Positions 36,901 through 49,140 of a stretch of DNA of 64,000 bases are shown piece by piece (within the stretch, counting starts at the first letter, position 1; the number at the start of each line of letters is the position of its first letter). Origin of the DNA: Takakia lepidozioides (taxonomy: Eukaryota > Plantae > Bryophyta); NCBI GenBank assembly GCA_030704615.1, contig CM060734.1, positions 32,054,001-32,118,000 of the forward strand, given 5' to 3'. Both the position numbers and the translations under genes were made by a program. The notes under the pieces are model-generated. The model ran no database searches. It had not been told where the DNA came from and worked only from the letters and a program-made list of their open reading frames with translations.

Positions 36901-39735
36901 ACCATCTACACATGCAGGTTTCTTGTAGCTACTGATCCACCTGAAATCAAGGTAATCTGGAGCTTGAAGTCCAGCCCTCTTGGATGAATCTGGACCCACA
37001 CTCTATCCCCGCTCCTTCAGCTATCCATGCCTCTGCACAAATGATGCATACATCCTTGCCTTGCAGCTGATAATGACAGCCTAGATTTGTTCTAGGAAAC
37101 ACCCAACTCAGCTTATTACACTAGTTCCTATACTGAATTGCGTCTGCTACTCTCCTGTAATCTAACAAGCATTATCATTTTTGCCTGGTGTCCCACCATT
37201 GACTGGGGTCAGAAAAGTATTCATTCCACAGCTTCTCCTCATCTCTGTTACGTATTTTTGGACACTTTCCTGTTGTCACAGTGGCAGTATCATGTCAAAG
37301 TCACTCCAAACTACATTCAGTCAACCAGCTAACTTGCAGAATTCAACATGGAAATTCAGGGCCGATTCAGATAAGAGGGAAAAACAGGGTGAATGTGAAG
37401 AAGGTGTCTTGATTACCAGTGCATGATTTTATCAGTTGTGCCGCTGCTGCTGCGGCATGACAGTTGACCATCTACCCATGCAGGTTTTTTGTAGCTATTG
37501 ATCTACAGGAAATCATAAGTAATCTTGTGCTTGCAATTTGGCCCTTTTGGATGAATCTAGACCTAGTCTCTATCCCTGCTCCTTCAGCTATCTCTGCCTC
37601 TGCACAAATCATGCACACATCAGGGAGCTAATGACAGGGGAGGAGGGCATGGCAATTCGAACCAGGGTAGGGAAGCTCAAATTTTGTGCTCATGAGGATA
37701 TGGCAGAGGGTCGATCCTCAACTAAAAATTTCTGGCCTTTGTGGAGGATCTCAAGTCTCAGATTGTGCAGACCAAGACTTTGCAGGAAGAATGATTGATT
37801 GTTGACACTGTCTCTCGCATGCCCTAAGATCTGAAAATCAAGTTGAAAAAGTAAACCACGTGACTCTGTTCAACCCATCTAAAGGCCTTAAGAGACATTT
37901 AGGGCCGGTTCTGATAAGAGGAAAAAACAGGGTGAAATGTGTTGAAGAAGGTGAGTAGCAGTACCTGAATTTTATCAATTGTGCCGCCGCTGCTGCTGTT
38001 GCGGCTTCCAGTTGACCATCTACGCATGCAGGTTTCTTGTAGCTATCATTCCACAGGGATTCATAGGTAATCTGGAGCTTGAAATCCGGCCCTCTTGGAT
38101 GAATCTGGACCCACACCTATCCCTGCTCCTTCGGCTATCCATACCTCTGCACAAATCATGCATAGTACCTCCTTGCTTTGCTGCTAGCAGCTGACAATGA
38201 CAACATAGATTTGTTCCAGCAAACACCCTAACCCTACTTCTCACACTAGTTCCTATGCTGACTTGCGCTTCCAACAGGCATTCACCTTTTTGCACCAACG
38301 TCGAGCTAACTTGCAGAATTCAACCTGAAAATTTAGGGATGACTCTGAATCTTGACAACAGGGAAAACAGGCTGAAATATGTTGAAGAAGGTGCTCATAT
38401 GTATGCAAAGCTTCCATCCCGCGCCCGCTGTGCATATCCTGCAATCATCGCACTCCACGACACCACATGTCGTTCAGCCATACTGTTGAACACTCCCTGC
38501 TGTCTCCGCTCTAAAGCTCCCATATAACACACGTCGTGACAATGGCCGACACAACAAGAGCAAACATACAGGTCGATCCCACAAACAGTACACTCGCTGC
38601 GCGGCACTTCTCTCTCTCTATTCTCTCCACCCCCCGCCCACCCGCTCTCTCATGTGCACACAGCAAGATACTAGTCTTTTAGAAACCGCTTATCCTGGTT
38701 CGTGAACCTTAAGAAAACACAGATGGTGGCACAAAGACAAACAAACGCTAAGTCCCTAAGCTTGCGGAGCTCTTGAACCACGCCGACCCAAAAAACACTG
38801 AGTCCCAGCCAGGCTGCACACTGCGACCTAGCAAACCCTAAACTCGAACCAAGTGCATTATCATCCGTCATACGTTCATACAATAGTTGCCAGCAAGGCG
38901 TTTTCTTTATCGTTCGTTCATACGTTCATCCAGTGCACAAAAATTATATTTCATACGTTCATCCAATAGCTGCCAGCAAGGCGTTTGTTTATCACTCATT
39001 CAGGTAATTCAGTTGTTTTTTTTCACTATCCTTTCATACGTTCATCCAATAGCTGCCAGCAAGGCATTTGTTTATCATTCGTTCATATAATTCAGTTGTT
39101 TTGTTTCAGCAGCGGCAGCGGCACAATTGATAGAACGAGCCTCTGCTAATGCAGGCACCTTCTTCAACACATTTCACCCTGGTCGGAAAAGTGTTCACTC
39201 CAAAGTTTCTCCTCATCTCTGCTATGTGTTTTTGGATATTTTCCTGCTGCCACATCGGCAGTAACTTGTCAAAGTCACTCCAAAGCACCACAGATCCACC
39301 CAATGAGCTAACTTACAGAATTCAATATGCATCTCAGAGCCGAGTCTTATGCAAGGGCAAAACAGGCTGAAATAGGTCGAAGAAGAAGGTGCCATCACCA
39401 CATTGTCGATGACCTTGTGTCATCAACCATGCAGAATTTGGCCGACCATCATCCCAAAAAAACCTCTTGTGTGTGCTGCTTGTGTCTGTAGTCAGGTAAT
39501 GTCGGGTTGGTCTGTGAGAACCACCACGGTGCAGCTGAGCAGACAGAGATTGAAAAACGACCTGCTAAGACCAAGCTGAATCTCCCAAGAACCTTGATGT
39601 TTCACAAGAACCTTGTAAACATCAGGAAGAATACCAAATCATGGTACTAAGAGCCCACATTTGCAGGATGGACAAACTTCTTCTCATCGCACATTAAGAA
39701 AAGTGACACCTTCCGATTGTGGTTGTCCCACCATG
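33915..39735 (-). pseudogene. Scrambled array of partial PDF-PPR gene copies (paralogues of 44878-49140)
   Basis: Repeated fragments: ILNTALVDMYAKCG, ITFVCVC.ACA.LGALEK, GHVKMLCEAGRLTEALQ, PDFKLQITY..LW..SYKKP, WWDNR-type exons and shared intron sequence. Many frameshifts and deletions; no E/DYW domain. Confidence 0.88.
38868..39100 (+). repeat. Short degenerate tandem repeat inside a non-PPR insertion (~38540-39105)
   Basis: (TTCATACGTTCATCCAATAGCTGCCAGCAAGGC)-like unit, about three copies. Confidence 0.7.
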
Positions 39736-40848
39736 TGCGAGAGCTCCTGCTGTGTACTCACAATCTATGAACGTCTCCAACGTCTCCATCTGGGAATCAC
39801 GATCGGCCTGTGAAACCCCTCCTGCGGTTCAAGAAATCAAGAAACGGGCAGGTTGGGCAGTTTCGAAAAACTGGCGTGACGAGTTCTATTCGCGTTTCTC
39901 GGGCGGGCAGTTCGGGCAGACTCGACAGAATTTGACGACGAAACGTGGCGATGATGACGTGGTGACGATGATGTGGCGACGAAAACGTGGCACTATGGCA
40001 CCCTATTCCTGCTCTACGCTAAACTAGCTTCCGACCTTCGGTCATCGGTAGAATAAGGATCATCATCATTTCTCCTAATGTCGAGCGGGAGGGCGGAGCT
40101 CTGCTCTCCCGCGTTACTCTATGCTAAATCCTCCGCTATCTTCCCGCTTTAGGTTCCTGCTAATTTCCTATGCAATCTAGTGTCATTTTCTCCTTCTTTG
40201 CAGCAGTCCCGCTATCATAGCTCCTTCTCTATCTTTAGACTTGGCCGCCGCCATAGCTCGGGGCTGTGTTCTCTATGCTTCTTCTCCCCTGTGCTTGCCA
40301 TGCGCTTGTTCTTATGAACTCTAGCTTTGTCATGGGGCTGCGTCTGCCACTTGCGCTACTTCTGATACCTTATTTTCTTACTTTCGTGTTGTTAATGACA
40401 TGCTCGCACTGCTACGGCTCAAGGTTGTTGCTCAGTCGTGATGACTGAGCACTTTCTTATCAAGGCCCAAACAGGACCTCCCCACACTGCATATACACCA
40501 ACCAAGCTATAATGAAGAAGAAAGACAATGCGGGCTATGCACCTTCCCATCTGCAGGCTCTACTCAGCAACAACATGTACATTATATGTCTGTTGGAACA
40601 GAAGTACTTCAGTCTCCTTTCCCATAGAGTTGATCTCTAGCTTCAAAGTCTACCTGCCAGGGACCAGAGGCGGCAGGTTGCCGACGTCGCTCACTCTAGG
40701 TATTCATTGACTAAGAACACGTCTCATCGTTCTTCTACACTATACAATATGTTGCTCACTCAGTCGAACTTCTGCATTCGAACGCAAAGCCAGGCCCCCG
40801 ACCTTGGTCTGCTTCGACCCGACGATCTTGACGATTTTCCAACCTGAA

Positions 40849-41052
40849 TCAATGTACAAATTTCCACCGCTTGCTGTTTGTGGAGGAGTGGAAGTGCACA
40901 TCTCGAGCCATCGCTTGAGTTCTCATGCGCCGCCCACATCGTATGATCGTCAACAACTCCATCTTGTCTGGAGTAAGCCATATGACACGCTCAGTAAGGT
41001 ACCGGCGCTCATCAAGGTGCAACCTGCCGACTATCGTTCCAGCTCTTGGCAC
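40849..41052 (-). mobile_element. Possible hAT transposase C-terminal remnant within an insertion (~39740-41370)
   Basis: SAGTLLS..(frameshift)..LTPDKMELLTIIR resembles the hAT dimerisation-domain end (FS.AG....R..L.P...E.L). Weak. Confidence 0.3.
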
Positions 41053-41376
41053 CTTCCACTACAACACACCCTATGTAATTTCGACGATTTAGTTTGACGC
41101 TGGCGTTGACTGTTGTCACTTTCGACTGTTCCAACCATTTTGCAGTTAAAATTTATATTAAAATATTTGAGGTGCTAGACAACTGCGAAAATTTTGACTG
41201 TAGTGAGAGACTTTGACTACCTAAAATGAGCTGACTGAGACAACCAGTTAAACAATGGCACGTGTAATCACAATATATAGATTATATAGCAATATATATG
41301 TGGATAATAAGAAGTAAAAAAAAAAAACTATTCTTTCACTGACCCACCACATTAATAGTAAACTAATCGTGTGCTG

Positions 41377-42563
41377 GTTTCCCTCTTATCAAAATCGGCC
41401 CTAAATTTTCATGTTGAATTCTGCAAATTAGCTGGTTGAGTGAACCTTTGATAGTTTGGAGTGACATTGACATGATACTGCCAATGTGACAACAAGAAAG
41501 TATCTAGAAACAGGTAACAGAGACGAGGAGAAGCTGGGGAATGAATACTTTTCCGACCCCCGTCAATGGTGGGACAATCGAGGCAAAAAGGTGAATGCCT
41601 GTTGGAGGTAACAGAGACGAGGAGAAGCCACAATATTCAGTAGCAGTTCCATAAAATTCTTTGCAGCTTCCAGACCCAATGTACATGACTACTTGTTCCT
41701 CTCCTAGATTGAAATAGGCTACTCAAGCTTTCGGTTACCAAAAGGTTGGTTCAAAATGGAGATAGTAATCTCGTGAGCTTGGAACAACATTAGGCGACTG
41801 CTCACTGTCAGTTCCCTGAGCACCACAACTTGAGAATTTCGAGAGCTCTATTCCAGAGTTTGTTGAGCAGGCTGTCATTGTCAGCTGCTAGCAGCAAGGC
41901 AAGGATTTATGCATGATTTGTGCAGAGGCATGGATAGCTGAAGGAGCAGGGATAGAGTGTGGGTCCAGATTTATCCAAGGGGACCGGACTTCAAGCTCTA
42001 GATTACCTATGATTCCCTGTGGATCAATAGCTACAAGAAACCTGCATGGGTAGATGGTCAACTAAAGACACGTTTGTTTGCATTTGTAGTGGGTGTGCAA
42101 GCCTGGCAGCCCTGGAAAAGTGGACAGAGGCCCATGGTGACATCGTCAAATCTGGAATTGTACCAGATGTCATTCTGAACATTGCCCAACGTAGGGTGGG
42201 TATGCACAGGAGGGGCGCGGGATGGAGGCTTTGGAGACCTATGAGCAAATGATGTACGAAGGGGTGAAGCCTGACTACATCACGTTTGTGTGTGTTTGCA
42301 GTGCGTGTGCAAGCCTGGCAGCTCTAGAAAAGGGCAAAGAGGTCCATGCTTGCATCGTCAAAGTTGGAATTGTACCAGATGTCATCTTGAACACCACCCT
42401 GGTGGACATGTATGCCAAATGTGGGAGCATTGAGGATGTGGAGGGAGTTTTCCACACTATGGCTGAACGAGATTTGGTGTCGTGGAACGCCATACTTGCA
42501 GGGTATGCACAGCAGGGGCGCGGGATGGAGGCCTTGGAGATCTATGATTGGGCATGTGTATAA
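41377..42563 (+). pseudogene. Inverted partial PDF-PPR copy
   Basis: Exon EKLGNEYFSDPRQWWDNRGKK|gt (to 41590); exon IYPRGPDFKL*ITYDSLWINSYKKPAWV (from ~41970); then L-S-P motifs (42066-42548). Confidence 0.85.
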
Positions 42564-43202
42564 CTTCAAATAATATGGAAAAAAAATGTTAATGCGGAGA
42601 GCCGGATAAAATATGTTTTAATTAAAGACAAAATACATGATGAACGCTGGAACAAATATGCATTAACTAGAAAACAACAAAGTTTTTTCATGAAACCGTG
42701 ACATTAAGTCAAAGTCCAAACAATTTGAAATCTAAACCATCTGAAAATAAAGATGAAAAGATATCATATAAACAACATTCATAATCCAAATTTCCTAACT
42801 TGTTGTATCAAAATGAGTGACATACTTACACCGGTCAAATTAATATCACATGAAATAAATTTTCATTTTTTCATATAAACTTGAATATAGCCCATCTATC
42901 TATTGTTCTCAGAATTCGTCGCTAGTAGTGCGGAGCAAGGCAAAGCCCTAGTTGATGTTTATATTGGTTTTGTATACATACATGTGAATGGTTCTACATT
43001 TGCCAAATCACATGCTTTCGCACATCGGCTGGTAGCAAACATTCCACACACAGGGCAGGGCAGCGGGTTTGAACCCCGAACCACCAGCTGAGCTACCAGC
43101 CGATGTGCAATACTATTATCTTCCTCCTAAAAGCTCCATCCCTCTGCCTTTTATAGTGCCTCTTCAAAACCACTATCTATCTCAGGCAACTCTGACGTAG
43201 AC

Positions 43203-43411
43203 TCCAACAATCAGTAGCTCAGTTGGTTAAGTGCACTCAGTGCCACCCAGATGATTTTGGGGTCAAATCTTGCTATTGACGGGTGTGGTACACTCTTCTC
43301 CTGGGTGGTGTCCTATGTCTTCACGGCGCGGTTCCTATGAAAGAGGTTATTTTCTCCTCTCACTATTAAAGGGCCTGATTAAAGGTGTTTCCCTTCCTTC
43401 CAAAAAAAAAA
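43203..43411 (+). mobile_element. Probable tRNA-derived SINE
   Basis: A-box TAGCTCAGTTGG, degenerate B-box GGGTCAAATC, poly(A) tail, imperfect flanking duplication (TGACGTAGAC / TAACGTGGAC). Confidence 0.55.
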
Positions 43412-43705
43412 TAACGTGGACAGTTTTGTCCCTTCCCTTCCTTGTGATCCTCACGATCAGAGCTGGCCCATTGGCTTCTTTTACGAGGCTGCTCTTCATT
43501 CCCAAACGCAGCTGAAATATGGACTGCAACAGACTTCATCCATTAGATTATCTTCATCTGTTCACCATGTTTCGTGACATTGTGTGAGAGCATTAGTAAC
43601 GAGATTGGTCACTTAGCCAACGAGCTAGGTGAATGGGATCAAGGGTTGTGTGAACATCATGTATTATGAAGCAGTGAGAGAAGTGGAAAACAGTTTGTAC
43701 ACAAT

Positions 43706-44075
43706 AGTTATCCGTAAAGTGAGCCTGAGTTTGGTACCCTGTTTGGACCCGAGTTACGGGTTTCATCCTGAGTTTGAGGTAATCCGTAAAGTGCAGAAAA
43801 CTGAGCACGAAGTCAGAAAAGAGGGCACCAAATCATAAACTGGGGATGAGGGCAACCGTTGCTATGGCGCGAGCTCGTGAGCTCTGACCGCCTCCGCCTC
43901 GACGACTAACAAAACTCGGCACCAAACTCCTTTCACCCCCATTTTCCTAGTCCTGGCAGTTTGGTCCCGTGTTTTTTTCTAGTCCTACCGCTTGATCCTG
44001 AGTTTCGAGTTTCATACCGAGTTTTGGCCAAACTCAGGGTTCTCATGCCGAGTTTGGGACCCTTTACGGATAACT
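43706..44075. mobile_element. MITE-like element
   Basis: Perfect 14-bp terminal inverted repeat AGTTATCCGTAAAG / CTTTACGGATAACT, internal CCGAGTTT/CCTGAGTTT subrepeats, non-coding. Confidence 0.5.
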
Positions 44076-44877
44076 CTAATGTATCTCCTGTCTTTGCGTA
44101 GTCATTGCATGGCATGAAAGCGTAAGTTGTGAGCAAGGTTCAGACAGATCTCAGAGTACTGAATATGTAGAAATAGCTCAGAAATCACGGCCTTGAGAAT
44201 GCATGACAGACTGGTTTAGAACATGATTGAAATCAAATACTACCTAAGGTGTAATGAACGCGAGCATCTAGACAGCAAAAGCGAACTGTGGTTCGTCACA
44301 ATTGGTAGAATACAGTGTCGTGAGGACTGCCTGCCATGAAATCTAGGGAAGCGTTGATCAGATTAACAACGTTGCACATGGTGTAGCTCAGTGAGGGATG
44401 GCAAAGGGCACGTGCTTGGAGGCGTGGCCTGGGATTGTATCTCGCGCAATCATGCACAAATGAGCAGGGAGTCACTTAGGGGATGAAGCATGTGTTAAGT
44501 CAAAGTCGGGTGTGGCTGCCCATGTCATTTTCTCTTCCGCGGCTGCGGCGTGATGGGGTCACATTGGACTGACGGGGTGAGTGGCCCTAATTAGTTCTCG
44601 TGGTGGAAGAGTAGAGCCCCCCAATTTTACCTTGTAAGATCAAGGTCGAGAACTCTGGGGATTCTCAATATATCACTAGCCTTCCATCCAAAACACTAGG
44701 GTAAGTTGGCCTATGACCGAACAGGCGTCTATGACCAATCCTCTATGACTCAACAGTACAGAAATGCACCCACAGTACATCATGGTCAATACTCTCAGGA
44801 AATGGTGGATGGTCTGAGTAGCTACACAGATCAATGAATGAAGCAAGACACTTGCATCTTTCCAAGAAAACATCATT

Positions 44878-47800
44878 TCACCAATAATCCCCACAAGAAC
44901 AAATCCCATCTTCAAAGTGGTGAAAGCGGTTGCCGTCCCGTACAACAATTGCTCGGCCAACAATCTTTGAGATGAATTTCGTGGAGGTGTGGCAGTCACC
45001 ACACACTCGAAGATTCTTGATGAGACGGAGAGGCGTCCTAGGGGTCGTGCTGATCAGCCCAAAACCAATGGCCAGCTTCTCACTGTGGTGGCAAAGAGAA
45101 AATTCCTTTTCCTCCTCCCCCACATCATGCAGTACAAAGCGCGTGTCAGGCACATACCCCGCCTCCTTCATCTGCCCAGACAATCTTCTCAGCTCAGCAT
45201 GGATTTCCTTAATCCTGGGATGCAACTTGTCATCTACAACGAAGGTGTGCACCCTGTTGCCAACCTCAATGCAGCATCGACCTGGCTCCTTTCTAACCCC
45301 TCTGACCTTCATCATTCTTCTCACCTTTGCACTATCATCCCACCTGCCAGCTGCAGCATAGATGTTTGATAGCAACACATAAGTAGCGGCATCCTGTTCA
45401 TCCCACTTGAGGATAAATGTTGCCGCACGTTCAGCCATCTCCACATTGCCATGGATTCTGCAGGCACCAAGCAAGGCCTTCCACACCACCACACCTGGAT
45501 TGATTGGCATTTTATTAATCAGGTCCACTGCCTCATCCAGTTGTCCCGCACGTCCAAGAAGGTCAACCATGCAGCCAAAGTGCTTTACTGTCGGAGTGAC
45601 ACCATGATCTTGACTCAGGGAATCAAAGTAGCGTCTTCCTTCATTCAGTAGGCCACTGTGGCTGCATGCAGAGAGAACACATATAAAGGTGATACTGTCC
45701 GGCTTCAAGCCGTTCTTTTGCATTCCTTCAAATAGTTGCAGGACCTCCCTATGACAACCATGCTGGGCATATCCTGCGATCATCGCGTTCCACGACACCA
45801 CATCTCGTTCAGCCATACTGTCGAACACTCCCTTTGCATCCTCGATGCACCCACATTTTGCATACATGTCCACCAGGGTATTGTTCAGAATGACATTCGG
45901 TACAATTCCAGCTCTGACAATGTCGCCATGGACATCTTTGCCCTTTTCCAGAGCTGCCAGGCTTGCACATGCATTGCAAATGCACACAAACGTGATGGGG
46001 TCGGGCTTCACCCCTTCCCCCATCATTTGCTCATAGGTCTCCAAAGCCTCCACACCGCGCCCCTGCTGTGCATATCCTGCAATCATCGCGCTCCACGACA
46101 CCACATCTCGTTCAGCCATATTGTTGAACACTCCCTTCGCATCCTCAATGCTCCCACATTTGGCATACATGTCCACCAGGGCAGTGTTCAGAATGACATC
46201 GGGTACAATTCCAGATTTGACGATGTCACCATGGACCTCTTTGCCCTTTTCCAGGGCTGCCAGGCTTGCACACGCATTGCAAACGCACACATACGTTATG
46301 TGGTCGGGCTTCACCCCTTCGCACATCATTTGCCCATAGGTCTCCAAAGCCTCCATCCCGCGCCCTTGCTGTGCATATCCTGCAATCATCACACTCCACG
46401 ACGCCACATTTCGTTCAGCCATACTGTCGAACACTCCCTTTGCATCCTCGATGCACCCACATTTGGCATACATGTCCACCAGGGCAGTGTTCAGAATGAC
46501 ATCCGGTGCAATTCCAGATTTGATGATGTCACCATGGATCTCTTTGCCCTTTTCCAGGGCTGCCAGGCTTGCACAAGCATTGCAAACGCACACAAACGTG
46601 ATGTGGTTACACTTCACCCCTTCCCCATCATTTGCTCATAGATCTCCAAGGCCTCCATCCCGTGCCCCTGCTGTGCATATCCTGCAAGCATGGCATTCCA
46701 TGACACCACATCTCGTTCAGCCATACTGTCGAACACTCCCTTTGCATCCTCGATGCACCCGCATTTTGCATACATGTCCACGAGGGTATTGTTCAGAATG
46801 ACACCGGGTTCAATTCCAGCTCTGACAATGTCACCATGGACCTCTTTGCCCTTTTCCAGGGCTGCCAGGCTTGCACATGCATTGCAAAGGCACACAAACG
46901 TGATGTGGTTGGGCTTCACCCCTTCCCCCATCATTTGATCATAGGTCTCCAAAGCCTCCATACCACGTCCCTGCTGTGCAAACCCTGCAAGCATCGCGTT
47001 CCACGACACCACATCTCGTTCAGCTATAGTGTTGAAAACTCCCTTCGCATCCTTAATGCACCCACATTTGGCATACATGTCCACCAGGGCAGTGTTCAGA
47101 ATGACATCTGGTACAATTCCAGCTTTGACGATGTCACCATGGACCTCTTTCCCCTTTTCCAGAGCTCCCAGGCTTGCACATGCATTGCAAACACAAACAA
47201 ATGTGATGTGGTTGGGCTTCACCCCTTCGCACAACATTTGCTCATAGGTCTCCAAAGCATTCCTACCACACCCATGCTTGGTAAATCCTGCCAACATTAT
47301 ATTCCACGTGATCAAAGATCGTTGAGGCATTCTGTTGAACACTTGGTGAGCATCCATGATGCTCCCGCACTTAACATACATGTTGACAAGGGTGTTGAGT
47401 AGAAAAACATTTGGCGTGAATCCACTTTGGATAATGTGAGTGTGCACCTGCTTTCCAGCTTCCAGACCCTTCATCTTGATGCACTTAAGCAAGAGAGAGA
47501 CATACGTATCTGAATCTGCTGAAATGCCTCCTTGGTTTAAAGTCTGTAGAGCCTCTGTCAGTCTGCCTGCCTCACAAAGCATCTTCACATGCCCAGAAGT
47601 GCCAGAAGAGGCATTGTGGACTCCCTCTCTTGATCCTCTTTCAGAAGCTGTGGTCATGGTTGAGGTGCCTGATTTTATCAACTGTGCCGCTGCAGCTGCT
47701 GCCTTTAGGTGACCATCTACCCATGCAGGTTTTTTGTAGCTATTGATCCACAGGGAATCATAGGTAATCTTGTGCTTGAAATCTGGAATTCTTGGATGAA

Positions 47801-49140
47801 CCTGCACCCACTCTCTATCCCTGCTCCTTCAGCTATCCATGCCTCTGCACAATCATGCATTCATCCTTGCCTTGCTGCTAGCAGCTGACAATGACAGCCT
47901 AGATTTGTTCTAGGAAACACCCACTCAGCTTATCACACTAGTTCCTACGCTCAATTGCCTCTGCTACTCTCTGTAATCCAACAGGCATTCACCTTTTTGC
48001 CTCGATTGTCCCACCATTGACTGGGGTCAGAAAAGCATTCTTTCCACAGCTTCTCCTGGTCTCTGTTATCTGTTTTTTGATACTTTCCTGTTGCCACATT
48101 GGCAGTAACATGTCAAAATCACTCCAAAAACCACCATAGATCCACCAACGAGCTAACTTGCAGAATTCAACATGAAAAATTTAGGGACGACCCTGATAAC
48201 AGGGAAAAACAGGCTGAAATGCGTTGAAGAAGGTGCCTTCATTAGCAGTGCCTTGTTCTATCAATTGTGTTGCTGCCGCTGCTGTTTCCAGTTGACCATC
48301 TCCCCGCGCAGGTTTCTTGTAGCTATTAATCCACAGGGAATCAGAAGTAATCTTGTGTTTGAAATCCGGCCCTCTTGGATGAATCTGGACCTCTATCTCT
48401 GGTCCTTCAGCTATCCCTGCCTGTGTACAAATCATGAATACATCCTCAGCCTTGCTGCTAGCAGCTGACACCGACGGCGTGAAGTTCTTCCAGCAAACAC
48501 CCCAACCCTACTTATTACAGTAGTTCCAATTCTGAATTGCCTCTGCTTCTCTCTGTAGTCCAACAGGCATTCACCTTTTTGTCTCCATTGTCCCACCATT
48601 GACTGGGGGTGGAAAAGTGTTCATTCCAAAGCTTCTCCTCATCTCTGGTATCTGTTTTTGGGTACTTTCCTGCTGCCACATCGGCAGTAACTTGTCAAAG
48701 TCACTCCAAACCACCACAGATCCACCCAACGAGCTAACTTACAGAATTCAATATGCAAATTCAGGGCGGAGTCTGGGGAGAGGGCAAAACAGGCTGAAAT
48801 AGGTCAAAGAAGAAGGTGCCCTCACCACATTGTCCTCGACCTTGTGTCATGACCCATGGAGGATTTGACGGACAATGAACCCAAGAGGACCTCTTGTGTG
48901 TGCTGCTTGTGTTTGTAGTCAGGTAATGTCGGATTGGTCTGTGAGAACCACCACGGTGCAGCTGAGCAGGCAGAGATTGAAACACGGCGTGCTAAGACCA
49001 AGCTGACTCTCCCAAGACCCTTGTAAACATCAGGAAAAAAACCAAATCATGGTACGTACATTAAGAAAAAGCCACACCTTGCGATTGCGGTTGTCCCACC
49101 ATCGTGAAGGATGTTTAAAAAACTCATGCCAGCTCTGCTC
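44878..49140 (-). CDS. PLS-class PPR-E-DYW C-to-U RNA-editing factor with N-terminal OSB-type PDF motifs (1-nt frameshift at ~46623)
   Basis: Exons 49140-49078, 48938-48820, 48669-48575, 48384-48237, 48087-47993 and 47801-44878. Twenty PPR motifs (L-S, five P-L-S, P2-L2-S2), E1/E2, PG box KEPG, HSEKLA, CGDCH and terminal CSCGDYW*. One G is missing from a G-run at ~46623. The start codon was not located. Confidence 0.9.
45800..47310 (-). repeat. 303-bp tandem repeat (P-L-S triplet), five copies
   Basis: A 101-aa unit repeated with high DNA identity (CACATCTCGTTCAGC recurs every ~303 bp). Confidence 0.9.

Noticed and set aside
43203-43290. tRNA gene (also considered at 31300-31370)
   Set aside because: No complete cloverleaf; both are followed by unrelated bodies and tails typical of SINEs.
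44878-45300. Possible U-to-C (DYW:KP-type) editing domain
   Set aside because: It has a PG box, HSE and terminal DYW, i.e. the canonical C-to-U type.
44930-47712. Long plus-strand ORFs (e.g. 45736-46641, 46836-47402)
   Set aside because: Antisense shadows of the repetitive PPR coding sequence.
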